This document shows positions 1-9,116 of a DNA stretch of 44,849 bases, piece after piece. The stretch spans positions 1-44,849 of the forward strand of contig JAEOTS010000069.1 of the NCBI GenBank assembly GCA_016839745.1, written 5' to 3'. The notes under the pieces were generated by a model, which saw only the letters and a program-made list of their open reading frames with translations, was not told where the DNA came from and ran no database searches. This DNA is from Promethearchaeota archaeon. Lineage in GTDB: Archaea > Asgardarchaeota > Lokiarchaeia > Sigyniarchaeales > SOKP01. The translations under genes were made by a program, and so were the position numbers. The first letter of the stretch is position 1, and each line of letters begins with the position of its first letter.

Positions 1-144
1 TATTATTGTAAAAACAAAAATTGTAAGGGAGTTAGATTAGTTAGGCGAGAAAAAGAAGAAGTCCAAAATATCTTAAATAAAGAGGGTATATTTCTAAGAA
101 AATATGAACCAAAGAAGAAGAAATTCAGCATATTAGATTCTTAA
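1..144 (+). CDS. 3' end of a hypothetical protein (partial; Cys pair, possible Zn ribbon)
   Basis: Frame 1 is open from the window edge: YYCKNKNCKGVRLVRREKEEVQNILNKEGIFLRKYEPKKKKFSILDS*, TAA at 142-144. Confidence 0.6.
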   Translation, partial: YYCKNKNCKGVRLVRREKEEVQNILNKEGIFLRKYEPKKKKFSILDS

Positions 145-171
145 AAAAATAAGTAAGAAAAGCGTGAAAAA

Positions 172-3138
172 TTGAGTTTACAGAATTTATTATATAGGTT
201 AAGAATAAAAATTAGATTGCAGTTCTTAAGGCAAACTTGGGTGAACATTAAAAAAGATCGTGCAAAAGCGATATTTGCCATAGGAGGAATAACAGTGTCA
301 ATAATTCTATTAACTGCTATAGGGATGGTCAATGATTCGATGTCGTATAACTATATGAATGTAATTACAAGCACAACTGGGAGCTCTGATATTATCATAT
401 CTCAAAAAGCCAAGACTGATCTAAATTATGACACATTCTTTAATGAATCTATAATAGATAATCAACTAGTTAGTATTGAAGGGGTAGAAGAGCTATTTCC
501 TAGAATAATGATGCTTGTTAAGGTTTCTTCTTACAACACAGACGCGAATGGCTCCCTACAAGTCTATGGTATAGATTTTATTAAAGAAGCGAGCAACGGA
601 AATATGGGAGATTTAAACATAGTCGATCAATACGGTATCGAAACAGGAGAAATATATACAAATGAACCAGACTTAGGAGAGTGTGTTATTTTATGGAAAG
701 TAGCAGAATTGTTAAATATTACCATAGGAGATCTAGTGCATTTAAGTTATCAAAACCACGATTTAGATGTTGAAGTAGTAGCAATTTGTCAACAAGACTT
801 AAAATTTACAGAATTAGAAAACGCATTGATTATTCTTAATTTAGAACAAACTCAATTATTTTTAGGTAAAGAAGGAGAGATAAATTTAGTCATGGGTACA
901 ATTGAGAACCCACAATCTATATATGTTGTAAGTGACATCGATTTAACTAAAAGAAAAATAAGAGAAATTGGTACTCGTATTCAGCAAAGGTTAGATCCAA
1001 ATGAATACACCGTTTCAATGGCAAAATTAGAAGAAATAACTGCTCAACAATTTATGGTTATAGGTATGACTATTATATTTTGGTTTATTACCATAATATC
1101 GATGCTCATTACAGGTATTTTAATTAACTCAATTCTGTCCACTTCCACGGAAGAAAGAATAAGAGAATATGGTATCTTAAGGGTTGTAGGAGGGAAAAAA
1201 ATGTTCCCTGTCAAAATGGTAATTTTTGAAGGTGTGTTTATTGGCGTTGTTGGTTCAATTATCGGTATTATTATAGGGCTTATTGGAACACCCCCAATAG
1301 TGAATACATTATTCATTTTGACTGATTTTCCGATCCAAGATATGGAGTATGTAATACAACCATTTACAGTTATTTTAGCTTTTTCAATAGGTTCAGTAGT
1401 GTCTTTAGTTATATCTTTATTTCCAGCTCTTAAAACAGCTAAACTTGATATAATTAAATCCATCACACCATTTCATAAAAAGGAAGAAGGTTGGGAGGTT
1501 AAAAAAGAGGGAAGTATGAATGTAAGAAATTTTTTAATTGGGAGCTCTCTTGCTACAATAGGTATGCTCGTTTTCATTCTATTACCAAGCATATTTGTTT
1601 CGGGAGAAATGATGATGATAGCAGGTTTGTTTATTGGCCTAATTGCAGCAATTTTAATTGGAATGGTGTTTGCATCAGTAGGAATTATTCCTCTTATTCA
1701 AAGCTTATTGATAGGTGCTATCTCGCCATTTATTAAAAAATATGCTCCTATCATAAAAATATCCCTAAAAAGAAATAGAAGACGAAATACTAGCACAATT
1801 GTGATGTTCGCTATTAGTTTTTCTTTTATTTTCTTTATAACAAGCGTCACAGAAATGGAATCAAAAAATTTGGCAACAAATTTAAAGTTTCAGTATGGCT
1901 CTGATTTAGTCTTAATAAATCAAGGACTAGATCCCGATAACGATGCAATAACATATGATTTATTTCAAGAACTTATGTCAATTAATGGAATAGAACAAGC
2001 AACACTATCTTTATATAATATGTTTGATATAACCTCCGTTTTATCTGTACTTTTTGATTTTAGTCAAAGTGGAGGAGGTTTCGATGAAGAATCAATCAAC
2101 GAAGCATTCTTAAATATATTCGAATTTTACACAGAACAAGCGGAAGAAAAATACCAAGTAACTGCTGGTGATACTTCTGCTATAGATGAAGTCGAGATAG
2201 GATTTATAGGAATTGACGAAAATTATTATAAACTAATGGATAAAAATTTAATGATTTGGAGTAGCCCTCAGAGCGGTTTTAATTATTCTTTTACCCAACT
2301 CTTTAAGGAAAATAACACTTGTATAATTGCAAAATCTCTTGCTACAGTTTTTGGAGTAAGCGATGTTGGAGAATATATCCGTTTAACATTCTACGATCCT
2401 AAAATTGAAGAAGACCAAGGTGTTCCCATACAATTCCGCGTTGTTGGCATTTCAGGCGGAATGCCAGGATATTACAACTTTAGAACCTCTGAAGTTACTG
2501 CAGAGGGTGGAGGAATAATTGTCTCTCTAGATAACTATATTCGTTTAATGGACATTGAAAATCCTTGGGGTGCTGATATGGTTGTAGATAAAGCTTTCAT
2601 TAAGCTTATCGACGATTCTGAACAAACAATTGAAACAACTAAAGAAGACATACAAGATTTAGTAAGAGATAAAGAATTTTTTCTTGACGATGCTATAACT
2701 AAAGTTAAGTTAATGCAAGAAACATTTGATAGGCAGAGTGCGTTAATGGAAGTGATTTTATGGTTTGCGATAGTAATTGCTATCTTTGGTTTAGTCAGCA
2801 CAATGTACGCAATAATGTTGGAGAGGAAATTTGAAATAGGCATTTTAAGATCAATGGGTATGAAAACCAGAAACGTTAGAAATCTTTTTTTAATAGAGAG
2901 TTTGATTATTATGTTAAGTAGTGGGACGATGGGAACAATTATAGGTACATATTGTGCCTATTTGATGGAGACAAATCTGGGTCTTATAACTGAAATGCCA
3001 ATTGTATTTTCAATTCCTGTTGATGTTTTATTTAGGGTATTCTCCCTTTCAATCTTCTTTGGAATTCTAGGGATATATGTGATCCTAATAAAATTAAGCA
3101 GGCAATCTGTAATGGATATATTCCGTCAAACATTTTGA
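172..3138 (+). CDS. ABC transporter permease, FtsX/MacB-like with two FtsX repeats
   Basis: 988 aa. Two extracytoplasmic-domain plus TM units with 'ERIREYGILRVVG' and 'ERKFEIGILRSMG' FtsX signatures. TTG start. Confidence 0.9.
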   Translation: MSLQNLLYRLRIKIRLQFLRQTWVNIKKDRAKAIFAIGGITVSIILLTAIGMVNDSMSYNYMNVITSTTGSSDIIISQKAKTDLNYDTFFNESIIDNQLVSIEGVEELFPRIMMLVKVSSYNTDANGSLQVYGIDFIKEASNGNMGDLNIVDQYGIETGEIYTNEPDLGECVILWKVAELLNITIGDLVHLSYQNHDLDVEVVAICQQDLKFTELENALIILNLEQTQLFLGKEGEINLVMGTIENPQSIYVVSDIDLTKRKIREIGTRIQQRLDPNEYTVSMAKLEEITAQQFMVIGMTIIFWFITIISMLITGILINSILSTSTEERIREYGILRVVGGKKMFPVKMVIFEGVFIGVVGSIIGIIIGLIGTPPIVNTLFILTDFPIQDMEYVIQPFTVILAFSIGSVVSLVISLFPALKTAKLDIIKSITPFHKKEEGWEVKKEGSMNVRNFLIGSSLATIGMLVFILLPSIFVSGEMMMIAGLFIGLIAAILIGMVFASVGIIPLIQSLLIGAISPFIKKYAPIIKISLKRNRRRNTSTIVMFAISFSFIFFITSVTEMESKNLATNLKFQYGSDLVLINQGLDPDNDAITYDLFQELMSINGIEQATLSLYNMFDITSVLSVLFDFSQSGGGFDEESINEAFLNIFEFYTEQAEEKYQVTAGDTSAIDEVEIGFIGIDENYYKLMDKNLMIWSSPQSGFNYSFTQLFKENNTCIIAKSLATVFGVSDVGEYIRLTFYDPKIEEDQGVPIQFRVVGISGGMPGYYNFRTSEVTAEGGGIIVSLDNYIRLMDIENPWGADMVVDKAFIKLIDDSEQTIETTKEDIQDLVRDKEFFLDDAITKVKLMQETFDRQSALMEVILWFAIVIAIFGLVSTMYAIMLERKFEIGILRSMGMKTRNVRNLFLIESLIIMLSSGTMGTIIGTYCAYLMETNLGLITEMPIVFSIPVDVLFRVFSLSIFFGILGIYVILIKLSRQSVMDIFRQTF

Positions 3139-3144
3139 GAATTG

Positions 3145-3732
3145 CTATCGGATTTCTTTCAAATATCTAACCAATTTTCTCCAAGCTTTTCCCCTATGTG
3201 AGACGGAATTTTTTTCTTCAACAGTTAATTCTGCGAAGGTTCTATTTGGAAATTCTTTAGGAATAAAGATGGGATCAAATCCAAAACCTCCCCTACCTCT
3301 AATATTTTCTGCTACTCTCCCTTCTACAACTCCCTCAAATATCAGGATTTCATTATTAGGTTGATAGTAGAGAACAATGACAGCTTTAAAATGAGCTTTA
3401 GTGTCACTATAATCTTTAATAAGATCCAAAATACCCTTATTTCCGATAGTATTTAATACAAATTTTGAATATACTCCAGGAAAACCATTAAGAGGTACGT
3501 CAACAAAAAATCCAGCATCTTCTATAAAAAAAGAACTATTCATCTTTCCTCTAACGCTATTTAATTTAAATATAGCTACTTCTTTAATGCTAGACGCTTG
3601 AATCTCGGTAGTCTTAATTGTGTTTTGCTTTAATTCGTAAGATAGATCTTCCTTTTGGAACAATTTTTGAATTTCTTTAAATTTACTATTATTACCAGTA
3701 ATGAAATAAATCGTTTCTTTTTCCTTTTCCAT
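3145..3732 (-). CDS. rdgB: Non-canonical purine NTP pyrophosphatase (RdgB/HAM1, XTP/dITP diphosphatase)
   Basis: FITGNxxK, EDAG, GFPGVYS, GFGFDPIF and KNSVSHRGKA motifs. Confidence 0.95.
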   Translation of the reverse strand: MEKEKETIYFITGNNSKFKEIQKLFQKEDLSYELKQNTIKTTEIQASSIKEVAIFKLNSVRGKMNSSFFIEDAGFFVDVPLNGFPGVYSKFVLNTIGNKGILDLIKDYSDTKAHFKAVIVLYYQPNNEILIFEGVVEGRVAENIRGRGGFGFDPIFIPKEFPNRTFAELTVEEKNSVSHRGKAWRKLVRYLKEIR

Positions 3733-3873
3733 AATTACAATAATTTCCTATGATTTATTTAGATTAATACGGTTTTAGTAGTCAAATTCAAAAATTTTAA
3801 TTTATATGATTCTTTATAATGTTCATCAATAAAATTATATTTATTAATTATTTCATAAACTGGGACGCAAAAA

Positions 3874-4332
3874 ATGGCTCGAATGCACTCAAGAAAGAAA
3901 GGGAAATCTGGAAGCACTCGTCCAGCTAGACTGGAAAAACCAGAGTGGGTGGAACTTTCTTCTCAAGAAGTAGAAAATGAAGTTGTCAAACTGGCGAGAA
4001 AAGGTTTTTCTCAGTCGTTAATTGGTGTGATTTTAAGGGATTCCCATGGTGTTCCTTTAGTAAAAGTAGTTACCGGCAAATCTATTAATCAAATTCTAAA
4101 AGAAAATGAGATTGTAACTCCTCTTCCGGAGGATTTAACAAATTTAGTGAAAAAAGCGCTTACTCTAAGAAAACATTTAGAGTCAAATCATAAGGACCTA
4201 GAATCGAAAAAGGGGTTACAACGCACAGAAAGTAAAATTTACAGACTAATTAAATATTATAAGAAAAAAAAACAGCTCGAACCTGATTTCAAATACGATC
4301 CAGAGAAAATACGAACCATTGTAATGAGGTAA
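3874..4332 (+). CDS. rps15: 30S ribosomal protein uS15 (S15P/S13e)
   Basis: MARMHSRKKGKSGSTRP start; IGVILRDSHGVP; LPEDL; ESKIYRLIKYYK. Confidence 0.98.
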   Translation: MARMHSRKKGKSGSTRPARLEKPEWVELSSQEVENEVVKLARKGFSQSLIGVILRDSHGVPLVKVVTGKSINQILKENEIVTPLPEDLTNLVKKALTLRKHLESNHKDLESKKGLQRTESKIYRLIKYYKKKKQLEPDFKYDPEKIRTIVMR

Positions 4333-4341
4333 AATTAAACC

Positions 4342-5154
4342 ATGAGTCAAAAAGCAAAGAAAAAGGGTCCAAAGTTAAGAAGAGTATCGTTTAAAGATAA
4401 GGATTGGTATACCGTCATTTCTCCAAAAAGTTTCAACTTCAAACCTATAGGAGAAATAATTGGGATGGAAAATAATATTATTGGAAGAACTATCGAAACT
4501 CTATTGTACGATTTTACGAACAGATACGACGATATTAGTCTAAAGTTAAAATTCAAAGTGGTTCAAGCAAATCCCGAATCAAAACAAGCGCAATCTATGT
4601 TCTTAGGTCATACATATACGAATGATTACATTAGATCGTTAATAGGAAGAGGGAGTTCTAAAATCCAGACTATAATAAATTTACCAACTAAAGATAATTA
4701 CGTTTTCCGACTTACAATAATTTGCACCACAATAAAAAGAGCTCGTAGTTCACAACAAATCGTTATTAGAAAAATCATGAGAGAAATTCTAAAAGAATTT
4801 GCTAATACTCTCAATCACGAAAAATTTATTACTGGAATGATTTACTCCGAATTTTCTAACCAAATTCTTAGAATTGCTAAAACAATATATCCTTTATCAA
4901 ACTGCAGGATAATAAAATGCAAATTAATCAGCGTTCCTGAAGGTGGAGAAGATACTGTTTATATCACAAAAGACGAAGACTTTGAAGTTGTTGAAGTTGA
5001 AGTTAAACGGTCTAGAAAAAGCGATATAAAAAGAACTGAGAGAATAAATGTTAAGAAGCTTACTCGAACTAATAGGAGTAGTCCTAAACCCGAAGAGAAA
5101 ATAGAGAACGCTGAACCTATAGAGGACAGTTCAACAGAAGAAGTTTCTGAATAA
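4342..5154 (+). CDS. rps3ae: 30S ribosomal protein eS1 (S3Ae) with C-terminal extension
   Basis: KDWYTVISP, IGRTIETLL, KLKFKV, DYIRSLIGRGSSKI and KTIYPL motifs; directly follows uS15. Confidence 0.93.
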   Translation: MSQKAKKKGPKLRRVSFKDKDWYTVISPKSFNFKPIGEIIGMENNIIGRTIETLLYDFTNRYDDISLKLKFKVVQANPESKQAQSMFLGHTYTNDYIRSLIGRGSSKIQTIINLPTKDNYVFRLTIICTTIKRARSSQQIVIRKIMREILKEFANTLNHEKFITGMIYSEFSNQILRIAKTIYPLSNCRIIKCKLISVPEGGEDTVYITKDEDFEVVEVEVKRSRKSDIKRTERINVKKLTRTNRSSPKPEEKIENAEPIEDSSTEEVSE

Positions 5155-5175
5155 AAAATTTGCGAAATAGCTAAA

Positions 5176-6474
5176 TTAACTACTTTTACTCTTTTTCGTT
5201 ATTCCATTTTTATCTTGATAATATAAAGTATTCGCAGGTACATCTTCATTCACCATTGTGTGCGCTCCAATTATAGATCCTTCCCCTATTTTCTTACCAC
5301 ACATTACGCTAGAATTAATTCCTGTCTGCGAATTTGGTCCAATTATAGCACCAAATTTCCGTCTCCCAGAATCAATTATTTTTTCATTAATGTTCATACT
5401 TATATTTTTATTATCGAACCTCAAGTTAGATATTTTGGTACCAGCTCCGAGATTAACATTTTCGCAAATAATTGAATCTCCAATATAATTGAAATGAGGA
5501 ATGGCGGTATTTGAAAAAATCACCGAATTCTTAATCTCAGACATTCCAACATGACAATCATTCCCTATAGATGTAAAAGGTCGTATAGTCGCGTTCGGTC
5601 CAATTAAAGAATTTTCTCCTATATAGCAAGGACCTATAATATATGATCCAGATCTAATTAAAGTATTCTCTCCTATGATAACATTACCAGAAATTTTTAC
5701 ATTCTCTTCGATTTTCCCCTTAATATCGGGTTTTATATTATTCAAAAGAAATTTATTCGCATCCAAAATATGCCAAGGTAATCCTATATCACTCCAAAAA
5801 GTATTCTTTATAACATATCCTTTAATTTTCCCTCTTAATTCGTAAATTAGAATCCCCATAGAGTCAGTGAATTCGTATTCTTTCCTTATGGATAGTTTTG
5901 TTTTTTCTATAGCTTCAAATATCAGAGGACTAAAGATAAAAATTCCCGCATTTGCTAAATTTCCTAAATTTAAATCAACGGAAGGTTTCTCAGTAATTTT
6001 TTCTACGTAACCATCAGAGTCCAGTGAAATTACCCCGTATTCTTGTGGATTGCTGACTTCGAATAAAGAAATTAATCCTTCTGTTAGATCTTTTTCGAAT
6101 TTAATAGTAATTTCTTTATATACCTTAGGATCTGTGAGTATATCTCCATACATTAGTAAGAAGTTATCCTCTCCTACGAAATCCTTCGCAAAACCAACAG
6201 CGTGAGCAGTACCCAAGTGTTCTATTTGAGAAATATATTCTATTTTGACATTAAAATTAGTAAGACCATCCCCGAAATAATCCTTTATTAAATCTTCTCT
6301 GTAACCAACGATTATTAGGATTTCGGTTATCCCAACTTCCTTAAGACTTAAAATAGAATGCTCTAATAGTGGTTTACCGCCAATAGGAATCATTGGTTTT
6401 GGGATCGTAGATGTTATTGGATCGAGGCGTGTACCCTTTCCAGCAGCTATGATAACAGCTTTCTTAAGTTTCAT
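5176..6474 (-). CDS. glmU: Bifunctional sugar-1-phosphate nucleotidylyltransferase/acetyltransferase (archaeal GlmU)
   Basis: AAGKGTRL..PKPM NTP-transferase motif, hexapeptide repeats, PHFNYIGDS and GRRKFGAIIG. ATG at 6474 follows an AGGAGG SD. Confidence 0.9.
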   Translation of the reverse strand: MKLKKAVIIAAGKGTRLDPITSTIPKPMIPIGGKPLLEHSILSLKEVGITEILIIVGYREDLIKDYFGDGLTNFNVKIEYISQIEHLGTAHAVGFAKDFVGEDNFLLMYGDILTDPKVYKEITIKFEKDLTEGLISLFEVSNPQEYGVISLDSDGYVEKITEKPSVDLNLGNLANAGIFIFSPLIFEAIEKTKLSIRKEYEFTDSMGILIYELRGKIKGYVIKNTFWSDIGLPWHILDANKFLLNNIKPDIKGKIEENVKISGNVIIGENTLIRSGSYIIGPCYIGENSLIGPNATIRPFTSIGNDCHVGMSEIKNSVIFSNTAIPHFNYIGDSIICENVNLGAGTKISNLRFDNKNISMNINEKIIDSGRRKFGAIIGPNSQTGINSSVMCGKKIGEGSIIGAHTMVNEDVPANTLYYQDKNGITKKSKSS

Positions 6475-6572
6475 TTGCACTTCCTCCTATTAATTCTGGA
6501 ATTTCTAAGTATTTTTCGCAACCTTCTTCTGTACACTTACTTGTTATAACTGTATTTATAAGTTTATTAAAT

Positions 6573-6598
6573 TTAATGAGACTTAAAAATCTCATTAA
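6573..6598. promoter_or_regulatory. Inverted repeat (candidate operator) in a divergent promoter region
   Basis: TTAATGAGA-N8-TCTCATTAA, perfect 9-bp arms, just upstream of a minus-strand TATA-like TTATAAATA (6561-6553). Confidence 0.4.
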
Positions 6599-6701
6599 TC
6601 GTTTAATAAGATTTTCTTTAATATAGGTTAATATAATCAAAATTTAAAAATGATCAGAAATTAACAAAAACAACAAATTTTAAACAAAAGGGTGTAAAAA
6701 A

Positions 6702-6935
6702 ATCGAAGCTCCATCAATAATACAGATTATAAAAGAAATAGTGATTTTTATCTGCGTAATAGCAGCTGGATTTCTCTTTATGACATTTTTCTCTGTCATG
6801 TTCACTCCATATTCTCCATTTTTGACAACTTTAAGTACATTTCCCATTTTAATAATTATGTTGTTGTTGATTGCGGTTACAGCGAAGTATGTAGGAGATA
6901 TAGTGATAATAGTGCTAAAATCCAGACAAGAATAA
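6702..6935 (+). CDS. Small two-TM membrane protein (start uncertain: ATC 6702 or GTG 6741)
   Basis: Two hydrophobic helices. The frame is open upstream of GTG 6741 to ATC 6702, which follows GGGTG. Confidence 0.55.
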   Translation: MEAPSIIQIIKEIVIFICVIAAGFLFMTFFSVMFTPYSPFLTTLSTFPILIIMLLLIAVTAKYVGDIVIIVLKSRQE

Positions 6936-7128
6936 GTTAGAAACATGTTTTACATGCTGAATTTTGATTTAAATTTAAACATTTACATTTTTTAATTTTA
7001 GTCGATAATTAATTTCTAATTAAAAAACATTAATCTGTAATAAAATACCATATGTTCGATGATAATGTAATTCTACCTCTTCCTACTACATAATCAAAAT
7101 TCATAAGTACGTAAAAGAAGCATTTTTT

Positions 7129-8013
7129 TTAGAAATTATTGTTCAAAAACTCATTAAGTTGATTTTTCAAATACCTAAAGGGTTTTAAATCCCCCTCAAA
7201 TTCATATCTTAAAATCTGTTCTTGAGCAATAATTTCTTCTAATTGTTTAAAAATTCCTTTAATTTTAACGACGTCTCCCGAAGCGATGAAATCTAAGGAA
7301 TATTCATTGATAGGACTGCAAAGAATTATTTTCTTGCAACCATGGTCTCCTAAATCGTTAAAATGAACCTCTTTAATGTTTGTTTTAGCTCGGATTTGAG
7401 TGTTCATTACGATTGTTGCTAGTTTAGCTGAGATACTAGAAGTGAATAATTCGACATTCTCATTAGTAATTTCTCTATGAAAATTATTTAAAAGCGTTTT
7501 ATCATACAATTGAGAAATAATAGGTAATCCCTGAGCGGAAATACCGCAATAAATTATCTTATTTTCCATATCGGAACATTTTACATCGATAATTTCATCT
7601 TCTATGGGGTCTCGATATTTATCCCATAAATATCCAGTAATTAATTTAATTACTTTTGAGAACTCTGAGTGATTAGAAACATTTTTGATTTTTTCTGCTG
7701 TTTCATAATTTGCAGTAACTTTTTCAATATATTCATCCATTAATTTAGAGACTTCTTTAGAACTAGATGGAAAGTCGCCAGTAATGCAATAGAACAGGTT
7801 TTGGTTGTTTTCTGTAACGATTTGTTTAATAATCATCCGTTCCTTACCAGTTTCGCCTTCAAAAAAAATATCCGTTAATCGCCAATAATTTGTTGGATTA
7901 AGACTACTAATTAATTTTTCCACAAAAAGCACGATTTCAAACGAGGGGTATTTATTAGAATTAGAAACATATAATACTTCCTCATCCAAAATGATTGCAA
8001 AACCTGTTATCAT
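7129..8013 (-). CDS. Longin/roadblock-like two-domain protein (Asgard type)
   Basis: N-terminal beta-beta-alpha-beta-beta-beta-alpha pattern. Second domain begins IIYCGISAQGLPIIS, typical of roadblock/longin folds. Confidence 0.6.
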   Translation of the reverse strand: MITGFAIILDEEVLYVSNSNKYPSFEIVLFVEKLISSLNPTNYWRLTDIFFEGETGKERMIIKQIVTENNQNLFYCITGDFPSSSKEVSKLMDEYIEKVTANYETAEKIKNVSNHSEFSKVIKLITGYLWDKYRDPIEDEIIDVKCSDMENKIIYCGISAQGLPIISQLYDKTLLNNFHREITNENVELFTSSISAKLATIVMNTQIRAKTNIKEVHFNDLGDHGCKKIILCSPINEYSLDFIASGDVVKIKGIFKQLEEIIAQEQILRYEFEGDLKPFRYLKNQLNEFLNNNF

Positions 8014-8279
8014 AGAAAAAATCGCTGTGAAAATAGTAATTAGATAATAAGACTATTCCTTTAATATTTCATATTTATAAAAATATTAATTACTTTCGAA
8101 TAGTACAAATTTAAATAGTAGAACTTTAAGGATTATTTCAATTTTAGGAATTTTTAATTTTTCTGTACCTATATAACAATTAACTTTTAATAATTTCAAT
8201 AAATATAATAAAAATAGCTTAAAACTAAGAGATATTTAGTTAAAATCAATCTTTACAATAAAATTTTCCATCAAATTAC

Positions 8280-9065
8280 ATGAAAATCTTAAAATTACTT
8301 GAGAAGAAGAAAATACAGCACGCAGCAGAACTGTTATTGAATTCAAAAGAAGCAATTGCCTTAACTGGGGCAGGAGTCTCTACAGAGTCGGGAATACCGG
8401 ATTTTAGGAGCGAAGGAGGCATCTGGGAAAAATATAAACCTGAAATTTATGGTAATATCGAGGCTTTTTTAAAAAATCCCGCTAAATTCTGGGAAATGGC
8501 ACAGAAAATCGCCCCAAACCTATTTAAAGCAAAACCAAATCCAGGACATTATGCTCTTGCAGAGTTGGAGAAGATGGATTTAATTAAAGCTGTGATCACT
8601 CAAAATATTGATGAACTTCATCAAAAAGCGGGTTCTGTAATTGTTTACGAAGTACACGGTAATATCAATAGGTTTAGTTGCTTAGGTTGCAAAGCTTCTT
8701 ACACAAAAGAACAGATTATTCGAAAAATGAAGAGAGAAAAGAAACATGGCCCATCTTGTGAGTATTGCGCTTCCCCTCTCAAACCTTCAGTCGTATTGTT
8801 TGGAGAAGGGTTACCTCGGTTTGAGAAGTATCAATCTCAAGCTTTAGCTCAAAAAGCAGATGTTATGTTAATCGCGGGTTCTTCTCTCTCGGTTGCCCCT
8901 GTGTGTGATTTACCACTTTACACGCTAAGGGAAAAGGGAGATTTAATTATTGTAAACGACCAACCGACTGACTTAGACGAGAAAGCTACGGTTGTAATTC
9001 GTCATAAAACTGGAACAATTTTACCCTTAATAGTAGAAGAAATCAAAAGATTACAAGAAGAATAA
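8280..9065 (+). CDS. cobB: NAD-dependent protein deacylase (sirtuin, Sir2/CobB family)
   Basis: GAGVSTESGIPDFRS, TQNIDELH, HG, CxxC...CxxC and GSSL motifs. Confidence 0.95.
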   Translation: MKILKLLEKKKIQHAAELLLNSKEAIALTGAGVSTESGIPDFRSEGGIWEKYKPEIYGNIEAFLKNPAKFWEMAQKIAPNLFKAKPNPGHYALAELEKMDLIKAVITQNIDELHQKAGSVIVYEVHGNINRFSCLGCKASYTKEQIIRKMKREKKHGPSCEYCASPLKPSVVLFGEGLPRFEKYQSQALAQKADVMLIAGSSLSVAPVCDLPLYTLREKGDLIIVNDQPTDLDEKATVVIRHKTGTILPLIVEEIKRLQEE

Positions 9066-9116
9066 TCATCTAATAATAACTCTCTTAGAGATCCAATAAA
9101 GTTATGGTTTTTCTGT

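Noticed and set aside
7030-7104. 24-aa minus-strand ORF MNFDYVVGRGRITLSSNIWYFITD resembling an FAD-binding N-terminus
   Set aside because: Too short, no proper GxGxxG motif and no continuation.
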